Origin: Albugo candida
Taxonomy: Eukaryota
Length of the DNA stretch: 64,000 nucleotides
Assembly: GCA_040437565.1 (NCBI GenBank)
Contig: JBDOQK010000011.1
Location: 496,001 to 560,000 of the forward strand
Reading direction: 5' to 3'
Under the pieces are notes generated by a model. The model was not told where the DNA came from. It made no database searches and saw only the letters and a program-made list of their open reading frames with translations. Of this stretch, positions 13,367 through 24,000 are shown piece by piece. The first letter of the stretch is position 1. Every line of letters starts with the position of its first letter. Made by a program: the position numbers and the translations under genes.

Positions 13367-13898
13367 ATGCAAGTAAACGAAAATAACGATGAAATTCACA
13401 ATCCAATTTTGCTGCATCGGATGTTGAGTTTGCTTGATGCTAAGGACTTGAATGAAAAATCTACTGTTTTTTCCTGGATTATGGATCTACAGTATGAATC
13501 ATTAGAGGCACTGGAACGTGATCGATGGATGCTGCAAACCGCGTTGCAGAGCCCGGTATCGTCTTGGAACAAGCGATTGAAAGGATCACCTGTGCCCTAT
13601 GAAGCGCTCGCACTCTTACATATTTTGATACTTAATCGCAAAGTGGAAAAGCAGACGTTGACTTTACGAGCATTGACACTGCAAGATAAGTCAATCGTGC
13701 ACGCTCAGCTATTGACGTATGCAAAGTATTTCGAGCAACGGTACATGCGAAAGGTCTGTAATCAAATGCATGCAAAAGATTATTTTACTTACTACTGAAT
13801 GCTAACAGATTGCCACACTTGAAGACATATCTCCAGTCGAGCATATTTATCGAGCATTCCATACCCTTTGTTGTATAAGTCACAGAAAAGTGTCGTAA
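13367..13898 (+). CDS. Hypothetical protein with FAM13-like C-terminal helical motif, 2 exons
   Basis: DKSIVHAQLLTYAKYFEQRYMRK|IATLEDISPVEHIYRAF resembles the FAM13 C-terminal repeat; intron has a CTAAC branch point; stop TAA 13896-13898. Confidence 0.5.
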
Positions 13899-14540
13899 TG
13901 CGGCATTAAATCGGTCTTCTTCGAGTCCAAGCAAGGTACAGCGAGCCAAGCTTGATAATACCCCACACCTACAATATGTAAGATGGATTTCAGGACAACA
14001 AAAAGCTCCACGTGATCTCCAGTGTCATAGAACAGTAGAACGCATCCCAGCAAAAACGCCACAAACAAGCACAATAGCGCCCATTGAACGTGAAGTACGC
14101 GCAACGAAACCTTACTTGGATCTTCTGATAGTATGCGTCGATAGGCCAAAATAAGCAAAAATGAAGAGACTAACACGGCTTCATATATAATACGGTCCCA
14201 TCCATCTTTTGATTTCATGAGCCAAGACAGCGCAAATGCCACGTAACGGAGTACAATAGTTCGATTTTTTTGACGATAACCCATCAGATGTACGCACATC
14301 ATTAAGAAATACGTAAGACCTAACACGTCAGCGATATAGTGCCAATCCAATTTGTTCAAAAAACGACGATGTTTCGAAACTTTCAGCGACACTGAACATG
14401 ACCGAGATTATAAAGTAGTAAATTCCAATGAAAAGTTCAAAATGGCGATAATTTCGTTGCATCACACAGAGTGCAGGGACCATTGCAAGATTCATGATGC
14501 ATAGTAAAATACAGTGGATAACATGGAATAAAAGCACCAT
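13880..14540 (-). CDS. Multi-pass membrane protein (TMEM8/DUF3522-like, tentative) with an apparent 1-nt frameshift at 14358-14363
   Basis: Hydrophobic ORFs 14328-14609 and 13880-14392 join into one ~7-TM protein (..ETSSFLNKLDWHYIADVL..) if one base is removed from the A6 run. Confidence 0.65.
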
Positions 14541-14629
14541 GAGTTCGAAAAATTCCTTTAATCGATTCGATGATTGGCTACAGCCACATACAAGCACATC
14601 AAAAACCAATACTTACTTCTACACCACCC

Positions 14630-16204
14630 TTAGACCAAAATGCGTTGTAGGAAATAAATAGGTTCAACTACGCGTGCCTCCTCACGACGCATTCGCGTGG
14701 GACACATCGCCAGCCACCCAAACGTTTTTTTTCCAAAACGAGTTGTAGACTGCAAAAATCCAATTGTTCGTGTTCGATCACACACACTAACCAAGTAAAA
14801 CGGCATTGTGTTCCCCACTAACATTCCATCCCGAATTCCAGAAATGATAAATTTGCTTTTCGAGTCCTCCCGCCTACTGAAAACCAAGTTTCTTGTTATT
14901 GATTGTGTGCGTAATACCAAACCGTCCGATCGTGCAAGAACAACGCAATCACCACCACGAAGCTGACCGTCAATTGTATGCGCATTTATATGAAATAGAT
15001 TCCCAGTATCAGATTCCAACTTCTCAGGATGGTGTAAATCGTCAGCGCTCAACGGGAAGCACGTTACACGGCTCGATAATCTGTTTTTATGACTTGAGAC
15101 TTGGCCGTACACATCTCGAAATCGGGTTTTGAATGTGAGATAAATGCACTGATTAGCTACTAAATTGTGCGGTCTTCTTCTTCGCTCGCTCAGTCGTGAA
15201 ATTGACGCTGTAGTATTAGATCGCTTTACTGCTTCAAGATCAGACCATGAACTGCAACTTACACCATTGCATGGAGTAGAGTGACGAGAATGAGCTTTGA
15301 TATTCTTTTCTGCGCCTTTATTATGTGTTACCACAAGGTCCCAATGCTGGAGACCTACAGTAGCACCAGCATCAAACTCTTCCGCGAGCTCATGTCCAGT
15401 TTGATACTTTATCGATTGCGATATTCGACAATCTGATACTTCAAACGAGATGTCCACCACGTCTGGGACGAAAAAATGGTTTGAACGACACTCATCTTCG
15501 GTTACGCGACTCGTACTACGAGTTGTTTTCCTTTCCAAGCTGTCATCAATGATTGAATCTCTAGGCTTGGTTCGGCCTACAGAAAACCTTTTTTTGTCTC
15601 TTTTTAAACCAGAAAAGCTGGGTTTCGGCGCATCTTCCAGCAAAGCGATATCATCTCCATCACTCACAGAACTATCATTCGAATCCAGCAGGACCACACG
15701 TTCGACGTTAATAGTGTCATTGTCGTCGTCAGAAAGCTGCAGTGAGGACGAGGACGAGGACGAAGTCCTTGAAGACGGATTGCTATTCTCGTCAGTCACG
15801 GGAACAATGGGATTCGATTTCGTACTCCGTAATGTAAGTCTATGAAACGGATTACACAATTGCTGACGACTGTCGGGGCTTGGACTTTGAGCCTGAAGCG
15901 ATGCTTTACTTATTTGTATTGATGAACGGTTATTATCGATATCCAATAATGCGTTTTCCTCAAGATCGGAGGTCAAAGAATCACGGTATGAATTCCCCCT
16001 CAAACTTGAGCAGGATACTCGGCGCGTCGCAGGTGTGTGCTCATTGAGGGAGAACGTTGGTGCCTGCACACAAGAAAAAGTCATGGATGCAAAGACTTGG
16101 AAACAAGAGAAACAGCAGAAATTTAATACCAGAGTATAGCAGAGAGACCACGTATTGAAAGAGGGTATCAAGCAGATTAAGCATGTACCAATTTGAGCTT
16201 TCAC
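14630..16204 (-). CDS. Hypothetical protein, Ser-rich N-half and globular beta-rich C-half (true start may be ATG 16084)
   Basis: Uninterrupted 524-codon ORF; no family recognised. Confidence 0.7.
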   Translation of the reverse strand: MKAQIGTCLICLIPSFNTWSLCYTLVLNFCCFSCFQVFASMTFSCVQAPTFSLNEHTPATRRVSCSSLRGNSYRDSLTSDLEENALLDIDNNRSSIQISKASLQAQSPSPDSRQQLCNPFHRLTLRSTKSNPIVPVTDENSNPSSRTSSSSSSSLQLSDDDNDTINVERVVLLDSNDSSVSDGDDIALLEDAPKPSFSGLKRDKKRFSVGRTKPRDSIIDDSLERKTTRSTSRVTEDECRSNHFFVPDVVDISFEVSDCRISQSIKYQTGHELAEEFDAGATVGLQHWDLVVTHNKGAEKNIKAHSRHSTPCNGVSCSSWSDLEAVKRSNTTASISRLSERRRRPHNLVANQCIYLTFKTRFRDVYGQVSSHKNRLSSRVTCFPLSADDLHHPEKLESDTGNLFHINAHTIDGQLRGGDCVVLARSDGLVLRTQSITRNLVFSRREDSKSKFIISGIRDGMLVGNTMPFYLVSVCDRTRTIGFLQSTTRFGKKTFGWLAMCPTRMRREEARVVEPIYFLQRILV

Positions 16205-16494
16205 GGTAAAAACATGTCATCATGTGCTGTGTAAATAGTGTGACCAAAAGTGACCGGGTCATAGGATCGAGGCGGTGCGCTCCTTTACATTTTGTGGACT
16301 GCTATTAATCCTCTCTGTGTGCTTTTACGATGCACTCAATATCAGCACGCTTGAAAAGACCAATCGGTAGGAAACAATGTACGTCGGAGTGTATCGAGCA
16401 AGTATTTGTCATAATCAAAAAGGCAGGGATTGCGAGTGACCAGTGTAACTTGCAAGAAAACGCATAAGCTTGTGTGAACCACTTAAGATAATAA

Positions 16495-17850
16495 ATGAAA
16501 AGCGCTACTCGTGTCGCCAGTGCAGTCCAGAATTGGTTTGATTCGTCTCCGTGCCAGAAAAAATACTCACAAGATGATTGGACCGTTTTATCTGGAGTCG
16601 TTTTGCAATACCCATTATTTGAGTCAGAACAATATGGATTTCGTGTCCTTGCGTGCGCGACTGGCAGTAAATGTGTTGGGAGAGATCGATCTGACAGCAA
16701 TGGATTTGTGGTTAATGACTGCCATGCAGAAGTACTCGCACGTCGTTCGTTCATGAGATTTCTCTACCATGAAGCAATGTTCTGGATCAGTGTCTCCAAA
16801 GGCGGAATATCGTCAGAACTGGTTAACAATTCAATTTTCAGACGAAATGATTCCAATGGAAAATTAGTTTTGAAAAAAGATTATACAATTCATTTATATA
16901 TTAGCGAATCGCCTTGCGGAGAAGCTTCCGTCTACCCATTGAAGAGTGAAGTTGTGGATAAGTACGTTGCCGATAGAATTCAACGCAACGTAAATAACAA
17001 AGACATGGAGCAAACTAGGACCAAATTGCGAAAGACTGGTGCCAAATTGTGCGAGATGAATACGCTCGGGTTAAAATCGGATTCGAACACACACAAGACG
17101 CAATTCCGTACAAAATCGGGACGATCCGATATTCCGCTATATCGCCAGACAACGTCGTTAAGTTGTTCAAATAAAATTGCCAAATGGATGATTTTGGGAT
17201 TACAAGGGACGCTTCTGACTGATTGGTTCGATCATCTGTATCTGTCATCAATCGTGATTGGCCAAGATCAATTATGTGAGTCAATCCAGCTTCAAGAAGA
17301 TGCACTGACTCAATTTTTAAAACAGCAAGATTTGAACAATTCTATGAAAAAGCCGATATCCTGTACTGTTGTACCGAGTGCTAAGTACAGATTTACTGCT
17401 CACAAACGTACGTTTGGTGCACGGATTGCGAGTATCGCTGTCAATTGGACAGAATGTGAGTCACACTGGCAAAACGTACTTACAACAATGCTCAATATTG
17501 ATCCCTTCATCAAGAAACGCTTTTTATGCGATACTCGAAAAGAAGAAGTGTTGTTGGCTGCATGTGGAATTCTTGAAGGAGGTCGATATCCCAAGACAAC
17601 GGACGTTGATGAGAAGCGACTTCGACTACGTAGAACTGCATCTCGATTATCAAAGGCGTCTTTCTTCGCCGTTTGGCAGTATCTCATGCAAACGAACAAA
17701 GTGGACAGCTGCATCGAAGCGAAAAAACGGATTTGGAACGCATCTGAGCATTTATCGAAAGCGCAGCAGAAGTACGTCCAAATGTATCGGTCGAGAAATG
17801 GCAGAAATCTCAATTTGGATCAAGAAGGTTCAATTGATACAAATGCATAA
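16495..17850 (+). CDS. ADAT1: tRNA-specific adenosine deaminase 1 (Tad1/ADAT1)
   Basis: ATGSKC, DCHAEVLARR, HLYISESPCG, RTKSGR, SCSNKIAKW, LGLQGTLL motifs; no dsRBDs. Confidence 0.88.
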   Translation: MKSATRVASAVQNWFDSSPCQKKYSQDDWTVLSGVVLQYPLFESEQYGFRVLACATGSKCVGRDRSDSNGFVVNDCHAEVLARRSFMRFLYHEAMFWISVSKGGISSELVNNSIFRRNDSNGKLVLKKDYTIHLYISESPCGEASVYPLKSEVVDKYVADRIQRNVNNKDMEQTRTKLRKTGAKLCEMNTLGLKSDSNTHKTQFRTKSGRSDIPLYRQTTSLSCSNKIAKWMILGLQGTLLTDWFDHLYLSSIVIGQDQLCESIQLQEDALTQFLKQQDLNNSMKKPISCTVVPSAKYRFTAHKRTFGARIASIAVNWTECESHWQNVLTTMLNIDPFIKKRFLCDTRKEEVLLAACGILEGGRYPKTTDVDEKRLRLRRTASRLSKASFFAVWQYLMQTNKVDSCIEAKKRIWNASEHLSKAQQKYVQMYRSRNGRNLNLDQEGSIDTNA

Positions 17851-18786
17851 TCGACTGCCAACGATCGAGACATTTCTGCGCACGAACTTATCGAATGTGC
17901 TTTTCAATCGCAAAGATAATGATCTCACATGGAACATTTCCGCATAAAGCTGAATCGCACAAGGCAAATATAGATGTTACCTACAAGTTGGCATTCTCAT
18001 TAGAGACGAACAAAGAAACGGACAATGCAAACCTGATCAGCTGTTAACACACATCCCATTGAATGAATAGCCTTTTTGAACTCTTTTAATGTCAATTCTG
18101 CTTTGTCTTGCGCGAAATACCAGCATTAAGAACGTTCTTGTGTGGGGAATGCAATACCGGCCAACGTACAGTTTGGTGTGCCGTACGCAAAGCTCTGCAA
18201 AAGGAATCGGATCATTTCGGTACGTGAGTAGCGTCGTTGTTCGATTGAATGGGCAACCATTTGCCAAAGCTTTTCAGCGTGTTTCTTCCCTCCGCAGACA
18301 CGAAGTGCATACTGATACTGACAATTGAGACTATATGTTATATCATCCGTCACTTTTTCATTGGGTGAAAAGAGTGCTGTTCGGTTTTCTGGTGGATGTG
18401 CGGGGTCCATCTCGTTCGTCTGACTGATTTGCATCTGTTTGTCGCACACTTTCTGGCATTGCGGTAGCATCTTTGGTGACGTGAGGTTGATATAATGTCC
18501 TCCTTTTATTTTGTGAAAGTAAAAAAAAATCCAAGTTTATTTCTGGCAGTATGGCGACCCATGTGCTCCGGCCTTGAATACTTCCATACACTTATAAACG
18601 GCATGATCTTTTGTTTAATTTCTGTAATCGCCGAATACATTTTTATAGTCACAATTATATTGCTCATCGCCAGTGCCGGTATACGGCTGGTACCGGTATA
18701 AGGTTTCTTGCATCAATTGTATCAGATAGAAAATCATTTCATAACTTGATCGTTGTTGATAAGTGGTGGCTGATAGTTAGCAAAGA

Positions 18787-19518
18787 ATGGCCGAAGAAGC
18801 TGAAGTCAAACCTGNNNNNNNNNNNNNNNNNNNNNNNNNNNNNNNNNNNNNNNNNNNNNNNNNNNNNNNNNNNNNNNNNNNNNNNNNNNNNNNNNNNNNN
18901 NNNNNNNNNNNNNNAAAATGTAAGTGCAACCTCTGATTATTTATACTGCAACCACTCTACCATTTAATACTTATCGAATCTTCCACATTATTATTTCTTA
19001 CAACATAGGCGTGCCAAACTGTTCAACTTCCGAGAAACTTTGCTGGATAAAGGAACAGGGACGAAAACGTGGTGCGAGCGTGGCGTTGGCGATGTTCGGT
19101 TTTTAAAACATAAAGAATTAGGCAAAGTTCGTATGCTCATGCGACAAGAGAAGACGCACAAAGTGATCATCAACCACTTGGTGGAATCCCGCACGGAATT
19201 ATCTCCTAATATGGGCAGCGATCGTGCATGGGTGTTTAGCTGCTACGATTTCTCGGAAGGAACTTTGGAAACACAAGTATTCGCATTGCGATTCGGTAAT
19301 GCAGAAAACGCTCAAAAGTTCAAAGATGCACATGACGACGCCAAGAAAAACAATAAAGTATACGAAGCTGGAGGTGATGCTGAAGATACAACAGCCGGAG
19401 ACGATGCAGCCAATGCTTTGGAATCGCTCAGTGTCGACAAGTGAGTACCTGAATAGCCATTTGTTCTGATTATTTCCTTTTCTTTGATAGAGAAAAGATT
19501 TCTGACAAGAAGGACTGA
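18787..19518 (+). CDS. RANBP1: Ran-specific GTPase-activating protein / Ran-binding protein 1 (partly hidden in gap 18815-18914)
   Basis: RAKLFNF, WCERGVGDVRFLKHKE, RMLMRQEKTHKVIINH, PNMGSDRAWV, FALRFGNAENAQKFK; ATG 18787; last intron 19441-19490. Confidence 0.92.
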
Positions 19519-19761
19519 GCAAAAAAAGCGTAGGAAGCAGAAATATGTGATTGCAATGATAAATGTCAATTCGGTTTCTCTTCCCATTATGACTCGTTTC
19601 CGTTCTATCAGAACGCTCCATCGACCATTACATCTTGAAATAGATGTCTTGCAAGCTATTTTGAGTCGTCTTTTGCTCTGTGCGTTGGACATTGAGGTGC
19701 ACCCAGGGATCAACGCTGTCGTTACGCAAACACATCGCTGAGCTCTTATTATTCCGTCAAG

Positions 19762-21066
19762 ATGCAGCCCGTGCCACGACCCAAAGTGGAACTCATTCAC
19801 GATTTGCTGGGAACCATTTTGGTGCTCGGCGCCTGCACGGTAGCTTTCTTATTGGAATTTACTCGACGAAAAATGTTATCTGTGTCTCATCTTGCGTTCA
19901 TTTCGTGCTCTTGGATCAGCTTGTTCGTATTTGGTGGTTTGGTGGATCATTTCATTTCGGAACGACATCTCCAATGGGCGTTGATAACATCTTTCAATAG
20001 TTCCCGTCCGTTTTCTATGCCCTACATCTATCTCCCGATCACAGGAAGCGTGCTGATCAGCGTCATTTACCTATTCCAAACATCCATATGTTCCTGTCGG
20101 TGTTGTTGTTTGGAAGAGAATTCAACCTATGGAGCCGTATTCAAAACAAAAACGCATCACGCTTGCTTTTGGAGTCGAGTGAGAAGTTGTGGACCGATAT
20201 ACATCGCATTGTACATTTGGCTTTTCATTTGTACTGGAATGCGTCTGAATGTGCGATTACGAGAGTCAGCCATCCATCCAGCTGGAGGAACATTGCATTG
20301 GGAGATGCTTACAGCGCCATTTTACCTCTCTTGCTGTCATATTGGAACGGTGGCCTTGTTGGGGCTCAAGAGCTTTCTACAACATGTAGGTGCTTTGCCT
20401 TTTCAATTTCTGACCATTTGACCGATCATTTTACAGGCTGATCAGCCATCATCGCAACCTCAGGATCGAAATCCGTTTCCAAGCGTATCTCCGGCTTCAT
20501 CAACGCAAAAGAAGATGCAGCTGGCGTCCACAAGTCGATCAAACAACAGCACATCAAGTACCTCCCGCGAACGAACCACACAACCGATAGTTTCGACAGA
20601 CTTCATGGACGATTATGAAAGTGAAGATGGCGCATTACGGGCATTCTCATCCAAGATCAATGCGTCCGTACCGGAATCTCCAGTCTCAACAGAGTCTTTC
20701 ACGTCAAGTTTCTCTATTTCCAACCCAAGTATTGCTTCCTCCATGACATCTACTCGAAGTCGGACACCTTCTCTGAGAAATCCGCAGTTTGACACATCCA
20801 GCAATATGTATCGGTCAAAAGCGTCCTCCATCTCGTCGAAGGCTTCATTCGGTCACAATAACAGCAATGAAGACATCTATGGACCTCCCACCACGCCATC
20901 ACGAGCGGTAACCCTGCGGTATCGTGGAGTTGCTAGATCGCCCAATACACCGCCGAATAAACTTGATTCGTACACAGCTTCATTATGGACGGAATACTAT
21001 GACGCAGGCTCTGACAAATTGTATTACCACAATCGAATCACTGGAGAAAGCCGATGGAAAGTTTAA
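19762..21066 (+). CDS. Multi-pass membrane protein with Ser-rich tail and C-terminal WW domain, 2 exons
   Basis: Phase-0 intron 20386-20436 joins hydrophobic ORF 19762 in frame to ORF 20515-21066, which ends WTEYYDAGSDKLYYHNRITGESRWKV. Confidence 0.72.
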
Positions 21067-21071
21067 GGACG

Positions 21072-24000
21072 CTACATATTCCCGTGGTATCGATGTTTCA
21101 AGTTATACTCCGCGTTCAATTTTTTGAAAAGCGATTTCCCGGAAGCATTCAGCGATTGAAAAAGCTGTTCCTTCTCGTACGACGAACAAATATCCAGCAA
21201 TGCAAAATGACCGGCTTGCAACTTCTCCTGCACAGCGAGCCATAATGGAGTCGATACGGCGTGAAATTTTTCTTGTTCCTTCTCTGCAAATGCGGTCAGT
21301 GATTCCATCAACAAATACACAATGTGTTTGCGGAAGGATACGTCATGGGGCTTCATGTACCCATACAATCGCGTCAGATTCGAAGCCCATTGCTCCATAA
21401 TTCGATGATCTCGCGCACTGCCATTCAAACGCTTTGTGAAAGCGATCAAAACTCGCAACAAGCTGTTGGATGCGAATATCATTTGAGGAATGCAACTGAC
21501 AAGCGCACTAAAGTGATGTCGAAGTACACGGAGAAGCAGCATGTACGAATGTCTCCAAATCTCATCCATCAGAGGAAGGCTGTCAACCGTCAAAGCTCGT
21601 GATGCCAGCGTCTGAATGGGCTGAAAACCAAGCAAAATCGATGAAAGCTCGTGTGCTCGCCAAGTGAACATTTCGGGCGTGCAGAACAAAGACGCAAACA
21701 GCTTGAGCGCCATATTCAAAATAGCCAATTCCACAGACGTGTGTGTGTTTCCATCGAGTAAGCACCTTCCAAAGATCACAGCGCATTGCTCGACCATTTT
21801 CATCTTATAAGGAATCAATTCGTCTCGACGGGAAGCACTCACTTTGCGTCTATATCCCCCATCTCGCGAGTGGAACAACGCCGCATGGAGAGCTCTCAAT
21901 GACGCAAACACACGTATCAATGGACATGAGAGTTCCTCAACAGCTGTGAATACAAAAAGACGAAATTCTTTGGAACGAGCGTGTGCGAGTAACGCAGTTG
22001 TCACCATTTCAGCCTGGAAGCAAGTGTCCATGTGATCAGCTTGCAGGACGCATAATGCTGCTGCCAGTAAGCGGCCAAACCCTTTGGTGCATTGGCTGTC
22101 GTAAATGATACAATGGTTCTCGCATACAAGTAGATATAGCTTCCAGGCTGGAAGATTTGTTCGTGTGAGCTTGCTGGTTGTCAAAAGCTCTGTCATTGCC
22201 GCGCGAAAGATCTCACTGACGTCCGCGAAAAACGATTGGAGTGACAATGCGAGCTGTGGATGCTGATCTCTTACGGCGAGATAATATTGGAGTAGAGCGT
22301 ACACCAGCGAGAAGACGGAATTGTCAGTCGGCTGAATTGATTGCAGAGTTCCCACACACTTTTGAATAAAATGTGCTTCAAACGTTTGTGTGTCAATGGC
22401 TTTTTGTCTTCTGAGTCGAGCGAAAATTTCAATCAACAAAGCCGATCTCTCCAGTGACATCTCACAGAGTGATTCCAATAGCTGACTCTGCCATTCCGAG
22501 TGCCACTTGCAGCAAAATGCGACGATACTTTGCATCAGCGATTCCATTTCGACTCCATTTCGACCAAAATGGAACGCTGTAAATGCTTTCATCGCAATGT
22601 GAAAGTCCTCAGTCGGTACGGGGCCTTTCATCTCACACAAATGACACAGCTGCGAGGTAATCCATTGCGTGAGTCTCGTCTGAGCATCCACGCGCTCATC
22701 GCTCGATAGTGACATTTGAAGACGCATACTCGTGCTGAGAAGTGAAAGAATTGGCTCATTTGAACCGGGACTAGAGTCCAAGTATCCTTCAGGGAACGAT
22801 ATTAAAAGCCCATAGAATCGCATCAGAGAATTGGACGACGCGGTCTCCAACTGTCGAGCCATTTCCTCCACTGCGCGCGATATGGCTTTGTGGAACGGAA
22901 CGATCTCATAAAAAGAAGCATCTTGAAAAATACGACGAGGATGAGTCTCGCTGTCGTCTTCTTCGTGGACGTACGCGACAACCAATTCCAATAAAAGCGT
23001 ATCAACGAGATTCTCGGATAAAAGACCGGCGAGATCGCTTAGTGAGTACGCGATCTGACTCCAGCATCGTGCACGGACCACAAAGTGGGCTATTCGTTCG
23101 CCAAGCGGAGCACATGCCTCAGGCTCATTATCTTTACGTATGTGGAGCCAATGTGCACAGAATCTCAGTACGCCTCCATTCAATGATGAATTTTTATCCA
23201 GGGAATCCACGATGATGCATAGTCTTTGACCGATTGAAGTCGCATCGTTTGAGAAGAATGAAATGCGACCGAATGTGGAGGTCACGATACTCTCACTGAT
23301 ATCGTCGTACAAGGACGTGAGGGATCCAAACAGCGCCAATGTCTCCAATTCGCAACGGGAAATCGCACAAGTGCTCGATGATGGCAACATTTTGTCGGAA
23401 GGCAAAATTTGGTCGAATGTGGCGATCATCAGAGCGTCTAAAGCGTGTCGAGTGTCTGGAGTCACGTGAATTTGATACAAAAACGAGTCGAATAACATCC
23501 GAATGAGAGCCGCCAAAGCTGATTGAGAGTTCATACAAGCGCTTTGGAACGATTGCATGCAAAACGTCCAAAATGGTTCCATTTGTCCAGACGGTAATCG
23601 CGAAAAGGAATGAGAAATAGCGCTTTTCAGCTCTGTGTGACTCAGCAGATCACACAGCCGAATGCACGTGGTAGCGTCGTTGGCGGCTTGGAAACACGCG
23701 CTGTAAAACTCTTGTAACAGCCGCATCGATTCGAAGGCTTTGAGAACGCAAGCCATTCCGCGTGCGCAGTTTTCAGCTGATCCATTGGCGTGCATATGTC
23801 CGCATAATCGAAATACAGTCGGAAGCCAGTTTCCAATGAGATTGGGCGCACATTGTGCGGCATCGGCGATGATCGAGCAAATATGAGTTGATGTGACCTC
23901 ACTGATCGTCCCGACGTCTTTTGTGGCGATCAGAATCTTGGCGAATATCTTTTGGAGGATCTGGAAATTCTTTTTATCGTCTGTGTCTTCCGTAACCCGA

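Noticed and set aside
17369..17947. 192-aa overlapping ORF in a second frame of ADAT1
   Set aside because: No motifs, non-ATG start, and the ADAT1 frame is already complete.
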